From: an uncultured Spirochaetota bacterium
GTDB lineage: Bacteria; Spirochaetota; Spirochaetia; SZUA-6; Fen-1364
Direction of reading: 5' to 3'
Length of the DNA stretch: 64,000 nucleotides
Assembly (NCBI GenBank): GCA_963745235.1
Contig: CAVUXE010000058.1
Location: 1 to 64,000, forward strand
A program made the translations under genes and the position numbers. Under the pieces are notes generated by a model. That model was not told the DNA's origin. It did no database searches and saw only the letters and a list, made by a program, of their open reading frames with translations. Below are positions 30,762 through 41,035 of this stretch, piece after piece; position 1 is the first letter of the stretch; the number at the start of each line of letters is the position of its first letter.

Positions 30762-31406
30762 ATGACGAAAATGGAAGGGCAGCTCATGGAAGAAATGGAC
30801 ACGAACCTTGTCCCGATCGTCATCGAGCAGACGGGCCGAGGGGAGCGTTCCTACGACATCTATTCACGGCTCCTCAAGGACAGGATCGTTTTCGTGGATG
30901 GCGAGATCTACGACGTGAATGCGGACCTCGTGGTCGCGCAGCTCCTTTTCCTGGAGTCGCAGGACCCCGAGAAGGATATCCATCTGTACGTGAACTCTCC
31001 CGGGGGAACCGTGACCGCGGGCCTTGCGATCTACGACACCATCCAGTACATCAAGCCGGACGTGCAGTCCATCTGCCTGGGACAGGCCGCCTCCATGGGC
31101 GCGCTGCTCCTGGCGTGCGGCGCCCATGGCAAGCGCGTTGCGCTTCCCTCCTCGAGGATCCTCATTCACCAGCCCTGGGGAGGCGTTTCCGGGCAGGCAG
31201 TGGACATCAGCATCCAGGCGCGGGAGCTGGTGCGGATCAAGAAGCTCATCATCTCCTACTTTGCGGAGCACACGGGGAAATCCGCAGATACTGTGGAAAA
31301 GGACCTCGAGAGGGATTATTATATGTCCGCGGAAGAGGCCCTCGAATACGGCCTCATCGACAAGATCCTAAGGCGGAGCAAGAGTGGCGAAAACCCCCAA
31401 AAGTGA
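30762..31406 (+). CDS. clpP: ATP-dependent Clp protease proteolytic subunit
   Basis: [26 protein letters not shown] and DYYMSA motifs. Start may be 30786. Confidence 0.95.
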   Translation: MTKMEGQLMEEMDTNLVPIVIEQTGRGERSYDIYSRLLKDRIVFVDGEIYDVNADLVVAQLLFLESQDPEKDIHLYVNSPGGTVTAGLAIYDTIQYIKPDVQSICLGQAASMGALLLACGAHGKRVALPSSRILIHQPWGGVSGQAVDISIQARELVRIKKLIISYFAEHTGKSADTVEKDLERDYYMSAEEALEYGLIDKILRRSKSGENPQK

Positions 31407-32638
31407 CGGCTTCAAGGTCTGCTCTTTCTGCGGAAAGAGCGCGGACGTGGCGCGGCGCCTCATTGCCGGGCCCGGCGTCTTCATCTGCGACGAATGCGTC
31501 AACGTCTGCAAGAAAATACTCGATGAAGAGGAAGAAAACCTCTCCATCGAGTTCACGGAAGACATCCCCAAGCCGCGCGAGATCAAGGACTACCTGGATC
31601 AGTACGTGATTGCGCAGGAGCAGGCCAAGAAGGTCCTCTCCGTCGCGGTCTACAACCACTACAAGCGCATAGCCCTGGGTCACAAGGTCCAGAACGACGT
31701 GGAGCTGGAAAAGTCCAACGTCCTTCTCATCGGGCCCACGGGGACGGGAAAGACTCTGCTCGCCCGCACCCTTGCGCGCAAGCTCAAGGTGCCTTTTGCC
31801 ATCGCGGACGCCACCACCCTCACCGAGGCCGGCTACGTGGGGGAGGACGTGGAGAACATCCTCCTGAAGCTCATCCAGAACGCGGGAAACAACATCTCCG
31901 CCGCGGAGCGGGGCATCGTCTACATCGACGAGATCGACAAGATCGCCCGCAAGAGCGGGGACAACCCGTCCATCACGCGCGACGTATCGGGGGAAGGGCG
32001 TCCAGCAGGCGCTCCTGAAGATCGTGGAAGGCACGGTGGCCTCGGTGCCGCCGCAGGGCGGCCGCAAGCACCCCAACCAGGAGATGCTGCGCATCGACAC
32101 CACCAACATCCTCTTCATCTGCGGCGGGGCGTTCGTCGGCCTGGACAAGATCGTGGAGCAGCGGACGGTCGCGCATCCCCTGGGCTTCGGGTCCGACCCC
32201 AAGGGCCTCGGAGAAAAGGACCTGGTGGAGCTCTATAGCCAGCTCCAGCCGGATGACCTGATCAAATACGGGCTCATCCCGGAGTTCGTGGGCAGGCTTC
32301 CCATTGTCGTCCCGCTGGAAGAGCTGGACGCGGATGCCTTGCGGCGCATCATCACGGAGCCCCACAACGCCATCCTCAAGCAGTACAAGGCTTCCTTCAA
32401 GCTGGACGAGGTGGAGCTGGAGTTCGACGAGCGCGCCATAGACGCAATCGCGCACAAGGCCATAGAGCGCAAGACTGGCGCGCGCGGCCTGCGTGCCATC
32501 GTCGAGGCCCTGATGATGGACGTCATGTTCGATATCCCCTCCCTCAAGGGCGCCAAGAAGGTCGTCATCACCGAGCGCGTGGTCACGAGCTCCGAGAAGC
32601 CCGAGATCATCCTTTCCGGTCAGAAGAAGACCGCCTAG
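31384..32638 (+). CDS. clpX: Clp protease ATP-binding subunit ClpX, frameshift near 31997
   Basis: CSFCGK Zn finger, [22 protein letters not shown] and GARGLR motifs across two frames. Confidence 0.93.
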
Positions 32639-32652
32639 CGCTTTCAAGCGCA

Positions 32653-35260
32653 ATGAAGATCCTCCTCAAGAGACACGAGATGTTCATGGTCCCGCTGAAG
32701 GACCTGGCGGTTTTCCCCCGGATGGTCGTGCCTCTGTTCGTGGGCCGAAGACGGTCCCTGCGCAGCGTGGAAGAGGCGATGCGCCTGGGTCGGCCGCTCT
32801 TCCTGGTGTCGCAAAGGAAGACCGGCGTGGAGGAGCCGGATGAGCGAGATGTGCACGACGTGGGCACGGTGGCGCGCGTGCTGCAGATGCTCAAGCTTCC
32901 GGATGGGAAGATCCGGCTTCTGGTCGAAGGGCTGGAGAGGGCCGCCATCTCGAAATACTCGGAGACGCGGGATTCATTCCGCGTGATCGTGAGGCCGCTG
33001 CCGGAAACCCGGGACATCACTCCCCAGATGTCAGCCCTCATGCGCACGGCGCTCTCGCAGTTCACCCGGTTCGCCGAGGTCTCCAAGAAGGTCCCCCCGG
33101 AAGCCGTCACCGCCGTGGAGGGCGCGGAGCTGCCGGACGCCCTCGTTGACCTGATTGCGGGAAACCTGCCTCTGAAGCTCCCCCAGAAGCTGGAGCTCCT
33201 CTCCATCGAGAACCCGGAGACCCGCCTGGAGAGGTGCGCGGCAATCGTGGCTTCGGAGATCGAGGTGCTCTCCCTGGAGCAGGAGATCACCGGCAAGGTC
33301 AAGCGGAAGCTGGAGAAGACGCAGAAAGACTACTTTCTCAACGAGCAACTCAAGGAGATCCAGCGGGAGCTGGGCGCGGAGGGGGAGGACCCGACCGGCG
33401 CCAGGGAGCTGGAAGAGAAGGTGAAAGCCAAGGGGCTTCCCGCCGAAGTGGCGGAGAAATGCCAGAAAGAGCTCAAGCGCCTGGGTCGCATGCAGCCCAT
33501 GTCACCGGAGTCTGCGCTCCTGCGGACCTACCTGGAATGGATCGTGGACCTGCCATGGAAAGAGGCCACCGCGGACAATCATGACATCGAGCGCGCCCGC
33601 CAGATCCTGGATGAAGACCACTACGACCTGAAGAAGGTCAAAGAGCGCATCCTCGACTTCATTGCGGTGCGCCAGCTCTCCCCCACGGTGAAGGGGCCGA
33701 TCCTCTGCTTCATCGGTCCGCCCGGGCACGGGCAAGACCTCCCTTGGCCGCTCCGTTGCGCGCTCCCTGGGACGCAACTTCGTGCGCGTTTCCCTGGGCG
33801 GGGTCCGGGACGAAGCAGAGATCCGCGGGCACAGAAAGACGTACGTCGGCGCGCTTCCCGGCAAGATCATCCAGTCCATGCGCAAGGCTGGCTCACGCAA
33901 TCCGGTTTTTCTCCTGGACGAGATCGACAAGATGAGCTCCGACTGGCGGGGAGACCCTGCCTCCGCGCTGCTGGAGGTGCTGGACCCTGAGCAGAACGCG
34001 ACCTTCATGGATCACTACCTCGAAGTGCCGTATGACCTGTCCCACGTGATGTTCATCACGACGGCGAACTCCTCGCACAACATTCCCTATCCGCTTCGCG
34101 ACAGGATGGAAGTGATCGAGATCTCCGGATACACCGAGTTCGAAAAAGAGAAGATCGCGGAGAGGTTCCTCGTTCCCAAGCAGATCCGGGAAAACGGGCT
34201 GGGCTGGGCAGACATCACGTTCCAGAAGTCCGCCATCCTCAAGCTCATCAGGGGTTTCACGATGGAGGCGGGGGTCCGAAACCTCGAGCGGGAGATTGCG
34301 AACATCATCAGGAAGGTCGCGCGGGAAGCGGTGAAGCAGGGCAGGATGCCTTCGGCGGCGGTCCCGCCGGCGGAGCTCGAAAGCCCGGAGGCGGCCGCAC
34401 AGGGGGAGACACCTTCCGCCGCCGCAGCCGCGCCCGACGTCACTGCTGCTCCGGCGTCCGTACCTGATGCAGCGGCAATTCCGGCAGCCGACCAGACCGC
34501 CCCCGTGCCTGAGCTATTCAAGGTCACCGTCACCGGCAGGAATGTGGAGAAGTACCTCGGCAAAGTCAAGTTCCTGGAAAGCACCTTCTCCCGTGACATG
34601 AAGCCGGGGCTCGCCTACGGACTTGCGTGGACCGAGGTGGGAGGACAGCTCCTCCCCGTTGAGGTGGCCATCCTCGAGGGAAAGGGAGAGCTCATGCTCA
34701 CCGGAAGCCTCGGGGACGTGATGAAGGAAAGCGCCCAGGCCGCGCTCTCTTTCCTGCGCGCCCACCATGCGACCCTGGGCATCCCGGCGGATTTCACGAA
34801 GGACCGCGACATTCACATCCACGTTCCCGAGGGGGCAATCCCGAAAGACGGCCCATCCGCGGGCATCACCCTGGCCGCCGCCGTCCTTTCCGCCGTCACG
34901 GGGGTCGCGCTGAAAAGCGGCTTCGCGATGACCGGGGAGATCACGCTGACCGGCCGGCTCCTTCCCATTGGCGGAGTGAAGGAAAAAGTGCTGGCCGCGC
35001 ACCGCTACAAAATGACGCACGTTCTCCTCCCCCTGCGAAACGAGAAGGACCTGGAGGAGATCCCCGCCGAAGTGCATCAGGACATGGGCTTCGAATTCGC
35101 GGATTCGGTGCTGGATGCCATTGCGATACTGTTCCCGCGGGGGAGCTTTCCCGAGGCGGATTCAGCGGGGCAGCCCGGCCGCCAGGAGGACCATGCGAAG
35201 CTCCCGGAAGGCGCGGCAACGCCTGAGGACGACGTCCCGCTGACCCAGCCGACCGTCTAG
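32653..35260 (+). CDS. lon: Lon protease, frameshift near 33725
   Basis: LON N domain, GPP(G)TGKT broken by an extra [16 protein letters not shown] and GGVKEK motifs. Confidence 0.93.
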
Positions 35261-35320
35261 GAAGCAGACGCTGCCCGCCCGGGAATTGCCCCCCCGGAAT
35301 TTCTGTATATTCATTCCACC

Positions 35321-36451
35321 ATGAATAGTCTTGACCGGTCCGTGGCCTGGGCGCGCATGAATATGCCCCTGACGGAAGGAGAAATCGCCGCGCTGGAAAG
35401 GCTTGAAGGGATCCGGCTGGCCTGCTCCATGCACCTGGAGCCGAAGGCGCTCCCCTTCTTCGAGGCGTTCCTCGAAAAGGGCGGAGAGCTGTTCCTGACG
35501 ACGTGCAACCCTCGCACCGTGCGTGATGAAGTGGTCACCCGCCTGGTTTCGCGCGGCGCCGCGGCGCATGCGTGGAGAGACATGACGGGGGAGGACCAGG
35601 CGGAAGCGACGAGGCGCGCTCTTGCCTGGGGACCGACCCACCTGTACGAAATGGGAGCAACGTTCACCGCGCATGTCCTGGAAACGGCCGCAGAGGTTTC
35701 CGTCACCGCGGGGCTGGAAGCAACGGGGTCCGGGATCTCGCGGATCGCCGGGCTCACCCGGGACGGTCTCGTGCTCGGCTTTCCCGTGTTCAACTGCGAC
35801 GACGTTCCGATCAAGGAAGGCCTGCACAACCGCCACCTGGTCGGGCTGAGCACCTGGAATACGTTCATGGAGCGAACGCAGCTCAGCCTGCATGGCCGCC
35901 GCGTCCTGGTGGTGGGTTTCGGCCTGGTGGGGCAGGGAGTCGCCGAGGTGGCCCGGGCTTTCGGCGGGACCGTGAGCGTCGCGGAATCGGACCCGTCCCG
36001 CGCCCTGTTTGCCGCGTACGCGGGTTACCCTGCCGGCCGCCTGGAGGACCTGGTGGACCAGGCGGACGTCATAGTGACCGCGACGGGCAGGCCTGGCGTC
36101 CTGAACGCGCGGCATTTTGCGCACCTGAAAGGCGGGTGCTTTCTCCTGAACGTCGGTCACACGCCGGATGAGATAGACGTTGCCGCCCTGGGCCCTCGGA
36201 ACGAGATCCTTCCCTTCGTGGAGCAAGTGGCGCCATGTGGCAGAAAGGCGTTTCTTTTTGCAGGAGGGTCTATGGCCAACCTCACCGCGGGGCAGGGCGA
36301 TTCGCTCAATTCCTTTGACATCACGATGGCGACCCTGGCTTCCGGCGTCCGCTTCCTGGTCAGCCGGGAGGCCGGCCGGTTTCCCGCGGGCCTTCACGCT
36401 CTTCCCCGCAGCGCGTGGGAGCACGTTGCCCGCCTGGCCTCAGGTGTTTGA
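35321..36451 (+). CDS. Divergent adenosylhomocysteinase-family protein
   Basis: ACSMHL, TCNP, GFGLVGQG, IVTATG, NVGH and ANL motifs. Several active-site positions differ from canonical AhcY. Confidence 0.78.
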   Translation: MNSLDRSVAWARMNMPLTEGEIAALERLEGIRLACSMHLEPKALPFFEAFLEKGGELFLTTCNPRTVRDEVVTRLVSRGAAAHAWRDMTGEDQAEATRRALAWGPTHLYEMGATFTAHVLETAAEVSVTAGLEATGSGISRIAGLTRDGLVLGFPVFNCDDVPIKEGLHNRHLVGLSTWNTFMERTQLSLHGRRVLVVGFGLVGQGVAEVARAFGGTVSVAESDPSRALFAAYAGYPAGRLEDLVDQADVIVTATGRPGVLNARHFAHLKGGCFLLNVGHTPDEIDVAALGPRNEILPFVEQVAPCGRKAFLFAGGSMANLTAGQGDSLNSFDITMATLASGVRFLVSREAGRFPAGLHALPRSAWEHVARLASGV

Positions 36452-37234
36452 CGCGCTGCGGCGGTGACCCTCCATCCGACGCCTGAGCTCGCCCATGAGC
36501 GATCGCATGGCCTGATCACCCCGATCGACGAGCTCATCCAGTTTTTTCAGGTTCCTGTAGTGCATCCCGCGCAGGTCGGGGTTGACCGTCACGTCCGCGT
36601 CAGCCAGGCCTTTCTGGCCCGCGCTGCCCAGCAGAATGTCGAAGGTGTAATAGGCGATATCGAGGATGTTGCGGGGAGGGCCGGATTGCTGCTTGCGCGC
36701 GTGCAGGTTCACCGCTATGACCACATCCGCTCCCAGCCTGCGCGCAACGTCGGCCGGCACGTCATTCACAAGCCCCCCGTCAACAAGGGCAGACTCACCG
36801 TTACGGACCGGCTCGAAGAGCCCCGGCACGCTGCAGCTGGCCCGCACGGCCCGGGCCACGGATCCGGCGGTGAAGACAACCGGCTCACCGCGTTCGAGAT
36901 CCGTGGCGACAGCCGCGAACGGAATGCGCAGGTCGGAGAAATCACGCACCCCGATCATGGCCTCCACGTAGCGTTCAAGCTTGTCGAGGCGCATCATCCC
37001 CTGCCGGGGAATGGTGAGGGATACGATGTGGGACCATTCCAGGCGGCGGGCCGCATCACGGATCTGCTGCCATGAGCGTCCCGCGCAGAAGGCGGCGCCC
37101 ACCACGCTTCCCGCGCTGGTGCCGGCGACGCAGTCCACACGAATGCCTTCCTCCGAAAGGACCCTGAGGACGCCGATATGGGCAAGACCAAGCGCGGCGC
37201 CCCCGCCGAGGGCGAGCCCGATGCGGACGCTCAC
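36440..37234 (-). CDS. Patatin-like phospholipase (RssA type)
   Basis: LALGGGAALGLAHIGV, GTSAG and DGG motifs. Confidence 0.9.
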   Translation of the reverse strand: MSVRIGLALGGGAALGLAHIGVLRVLSEEGIRVDCVAGTSAGSVVGAAFCAGRSWQQIRDAARRLEWSHIVSLTIPRQGMMRLDKLERYVEAMIGVRDFSDLRIPFAAVATDLERGEPVVFTAGSVARAVRASCSVPGLFEPVRNGESALVDGGLVNDVPADVARRLGADVVIAVNLHARKQQSGPPRNILDIAYYTFDILLGSAGQKGLADADVTVNPDLRGMHYRNLKKLDELVDRGDQAMRSLMGELRRRMEGHRRSASNT

Positions 37235-37331
37235 GTCAGGAGGATAGCGGCGACGGTGGACGGGAGTCAAGGTTGCCCGGTGGACGACACCGCGCACGGG
37301 TGCCTACATTTGTGACAAGGAGCACTTTTCC

Positions 37332-37949
37332 ATGAAAGAGCACATTCGACCGGCCACCCCGGTTCTGGTCATCTCGATTGCCCTCCTTCTTGCGGGCGCG
37401 GCTGCCGCTGGCTTTGCGCAGGCGGCAGTGCCCGTGTCGATCGACGGCACGGTGACGTCCATAAGCGCCACGCGGATCACTCTCACGGCAGCGGACGGCA
37501 GCACGAAAAGCGCCACTGTTTCCCCGGGCACACTGGCCCTGGAGCGGCGCAGTGCGACACTCTCCGACATCCGTGAGGGAGACGCCATGGGAGTCACCAC
37601 CCACCGGGCGGAGGACGGCGCAATGACGGCGACGGCAATCAATATCTTCTCCGCGGAGCTGTACAAGGTCGTCAAGAAGGGGCAGTTCCCCATGCAGCAA
37701 CCGGGCCAGATCATGACCAACGCGGTGGTCACGGCGTTCCTGCCCAAGGGAGACACGCATGCGCTCACCATGACCTATAATGGTGAGAAGTTTCCCATCG
37801 TGGTCCCCGGCAGCGCCGAGGTTCACCGCCTGGTGACCGTGAGCCTGGCCATGGTGAAGGCAGGAATGCACATCCTGGTCAGAGGCAGTCCGAACGCCGA
37901 CGGGAGCATCAAGGCGGCCGTGGTGAGCTTCGACAGTCCGCAGGGATAG
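37332..37949 (+). CDS. Exported protein with two beta-barrel (DUF5666-like) repeats
   Basis: Signal peptide ending GFAQA. Repeats ATLSDIREGD and VSLAMVKAGM. Confidence 0.6.
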   Translation: MKEHIRPATPVLVISIALLLAGAAAAGFAQAAVPVSIDGTVTSISATRITLTAADGSTKSATVSPGTLALERRSATLSDIREGDAMGVTTHRAEDGAMTATAINIFSAELYKVVKKGQFPMQQPGQIMTNAVVTAFLPKGDTHALTMTYNGEKFPIVVPGSAEVHRLVTVSLAMVKAGMHILVRGSPNADGSIKAAVVSFDSPQG

Positions 37950-38030
37950 CCGCGCAATCTTCCCTTGCATATTCGCGCCCCCGCGGCTAAGAATAGTGGA
38001 CGCCGCCGGGCGACCTCCGCGCGGAGAGGT

Positions 38031-39822
38031 ATGCCTCGGCGGGGCTTTGGGGGCGCTTCCTGAAGTATCGCAGCATTCGAGCAAAGCTCCTCGTCTACTT
38101 CGTCGCCGTCATAGTGCTGCCCCTCCTGACCCTGGGAATCCTGGGGCCGTCCATCTCGGCGCGGATCATCGAGAGAGAAGTCACAAACCACACGGTCCAG
38201 CTGATCCGGCAGGTGACGCGAAATATCGAGTTCTATATCCGGGAGATGGAGGGCATCATATCGATCCTCGCCGAGGATGGGGATATCCAGGCCTTCTACG
38301 GCATCAGCGACGCCGGAGCGCCTTTTTCCCCGCAGCGGAAAGCCGGGGCCTTGCGCCTTCTTGGCAACATCACCCAGGTAAACACGGAGATTGCCGGTAT
38401 CCTCCTGGTGAACGATCTGGACGGGCACCTCAGCAACGAGATCCAGCCGATAACCCGGGACCCTCTCTGGGAAGAGGGGTGGTATCGTCAAGCGGTGCGC
38501 TTCGCGCCGGCCGTCCAGCTTCTCCCCCGGCCCGTTGGCAGGAACCTGCGGAACACCCCCGGCTACAGCGCTGACGACGTGGTCTCCATCGTGAAGGCGG
38601 TCATGGACCCTCGCACCGGGCGGGCCCGGGGAGTGGTCCTGATCGATATGAAGCTGCAGGTCGTCCAGGACATCTTCGTCGACATGAAAGTCGGGCAGGG
38701 CGGGTTTCTCTTCATCGAGGATGCGGAAGGCGGCACCGTCTACGCGCCGGTCAATCCCGTCGTGTACCGCGTGAGAAGCGAGTGGCTCACGGGCCCGCGG
38801 ACCAGCACCATGCGCAGGATCAGGCGGCGCCGGACTACCAGATCATCGCCCAGAGCTCGGATTACACCAGATGGAAGACAATCGGAGTCTTCCCGCTGAA
38901 CGAGATCATGAGCCAGGTGAGCCTCATCCGGTACTACTCCTTCATCATCGCCGGTGTGACGCTCCTGGTTGCCGTGATAGTCTCCATCTTCTTCACGGGA
39001 TCGATCGCCCGGCCGGTCATTGCGCTGCGGGCCCTCATGAAAGAGGCGGAGGAGGGGAACCTCGCCGTACGCTTCAAGGGACACCAGGAAGACGAGATCG
39101 GCTACCTGGGCAAGAGCTTCAACACGATGATCGAGGAGATCCAGAAGCTCATCGACCTGGTCTATCGAGAGCAGCAGAGCAAGAGGGAGGCGGAGCTGAA
39201 GACGCTTCAGGAGCAGATCAAGCCGCACTTCCTCTACAACACCCTGGACACCATCCAGTGGATGGCGCAGGACCACGGGGCGAAGGACATCGTCCAGGTC
39301 GTGGGCGCCCTCACGAGCCTCTTCCGCATCGCCCTGTCCCGGGGCAAGGAGATGATCAGCCTGAGCGACGAGCTGGAGCACGTGCGAAGCTACCTCATCA
39401 TCCAGAAGCTGCGCTACGAGGACAAGTTCGATTTCTCGCTCTGCGTCCAGGACGAGGTGCTGCCGTACATGGTGCTGAAGCTGACGCTCCAGCCCCTCGT
39501 GGAGAACGCGATCTATCACGGGATCAAGGAACGGCGCGGGCACGGGTCCATCCGGGTCGAGGCGCTGCGAAGCGACGGGGTGCTGGTGCTGCGCGTGCGC
39601 GATGACGGGGTCGGGATGTCGGAGGAAAAGCTTGCCGCCGTCCGCGCCCTCCTCACGAAGGCCCCCGAGGAAAGCTCCCAGAAGAACGGCTACGGCATCT
39701 CGAACGTGAACGAGAGGATCCAGCTTTCCTTCGGCAAGGATTTCGGGCTTCGCTTCGAGAGCGCGCCCGGGGAGGGAACCACCGTCGAGATCCTGCACCC
39801 TCTGATCCAGGGGGAGGTATGA
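38031..39822 (+). CDS. YesM/LytS-type sensor histidine kinase (Cache, HAMP), frameshifts near 38050 and 38825
   Basis: QIKPHFLYNTL, LQPLVENAIYHG, DDGVGM and GYGISNV motifs. Confidence 0.88.
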
Positions 39823-39829
39823 GGCGACC

Positions 39830-41035
39830 ATGTGGAAAGTCCTGATTGCGGATGACGAGCCCAAGATCCGGCGGGGTCTCCGCTCGACCATAGAGCAGAT
39901 ACGCCCGGACATGCGGGTGGTTGCGGAGGCGGAGGATGGGGAAACGGCGCTTGCCCTTGTCCAGAAGGAGAAGCCCGACATCCTCATGATCGATGTGCGC
40001 ATGCCCTTCCTGAACGGCCTTGACCTGATCCAGAAGATCAACGAGGTCTGGCGGGACTGCGTCATCATTGTCGTGTCCGGACACGACGAGTTCGAGTACG
40101 CCCAGCGCGCTCTTTCCCTCAGGGTCTTCGAGTACGTGCTGAAGCCCGTCCCCCGGGACGCCCTTGCATCCGTGCTGGTGCGCGCGGAGGCGGAGCTCAC
40201 CGCCGCCCGGCAGCGCAACCATTACATGAGCTGGGCGCACGAGCAACTGGAACGCAACATGCCCATCCTCCGCGAGCAGCTTTTCCGCGACTGGGTGCGC
40301 GGACGGCTGTCCCGTTCCGAGATCAAGGAGCAGGCGGCCTTCCTGGGCATCGTCACCACCGGCTACCGCATGATTGCGCTCGTGCACGTCATGGAGAAAA
40401 TGGCGACGGCCGAGCTTTCCCGGGAGAAGGACAGGCGCGTCGAGCTGTTCGCGGTGCGGCGGATCGCGGAGGAGGCGTTCAAGGATTTTCCTCCCGTCTC
40501 CGTGTTCCTTGACGAGCAGGATGACGTGGTTGTCCTCGCCGGGGCCTCCGTGGGCCCCCCCTGGACCCGCGCGGTGGAAACCGCGGAGTCTCACGCCGCG
40601 GGGTCGCTGGCGCATGCCCTCTTCATAGCGCACGCCCCCATTCCCGAAGGAGCGGAAGGCGTGGCGGAGACCTACGAGGCCCTCAGCGCGGAGGTCGCCC
40701 GCAGGAGCGGGCACCACTCCTTCGTCCTCCTGGCGCAGAACTACGTGGATTCCCACTACGGCAAGGCGGAGCTCACCCTGGAAGAGGTGGCCGGGGCGGT
40801 CCAGGTGAGCCCGGGCTACTTGAGCCGACTCTTGAAGCGGGAGACGGGCTTCTCCTTCGTCGACTATCTCACACGGGTGCGCATCAACACGGCGGTCAAC
40901 CTCATGGCGGATCCGGCGGTCAAGGTCTACGAGGTGGCGGAAGCGGTGGGCTACCAGAGCCAGCACTATTTCAGCCGCGCATTCAAGCGCGTCTTCGGCC
41001 GTTCTCCCGTGGAGTACAGGAAGGGGGGTGCGTAG
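39830..41035 (+). CDS. YesN-type response regulator (receiver plus AraC HTH)
   Basis: LIADDE, DVRMP, LKP and VGYQSQHYFSRAFKRVFGRSPVEYR motifs. Confidence 0.92.
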   Translation: MWKVLIADDEPKIRRGLRSTIEQIRPDMRVVAEAEDGETALALVQKEKPDILMIDVRMPFLNGLDLIQKINEVWRDCVIIVVSGHDEFEYAQRALSLRVFEYVLKPVPRDALASVLVRAEAELTAARQRNHYMSWAHEQLERNMPILREQLFRDWVRGRLSRSEIKEQAAFLGIVTTGYRMIALVHVMEKMATAELSREKDRRVELFAVRRIAEEAFKDFPPVSVFLDEQDDVVVLAGASVGPPWTRAVETAESHAAGSLAHALFIAHAPIPEGAEGVAETYEALSAEVARRSGHHSFVLLAQNYVDSHYGKAELTLEEVAGAVQVSPGYLSRLLKRETGFSFVDYLTRVRINTAVNLMADPAVKVYEVAEAVGYQSQHYFSRAFKRVFGRSPVEYRKGGA

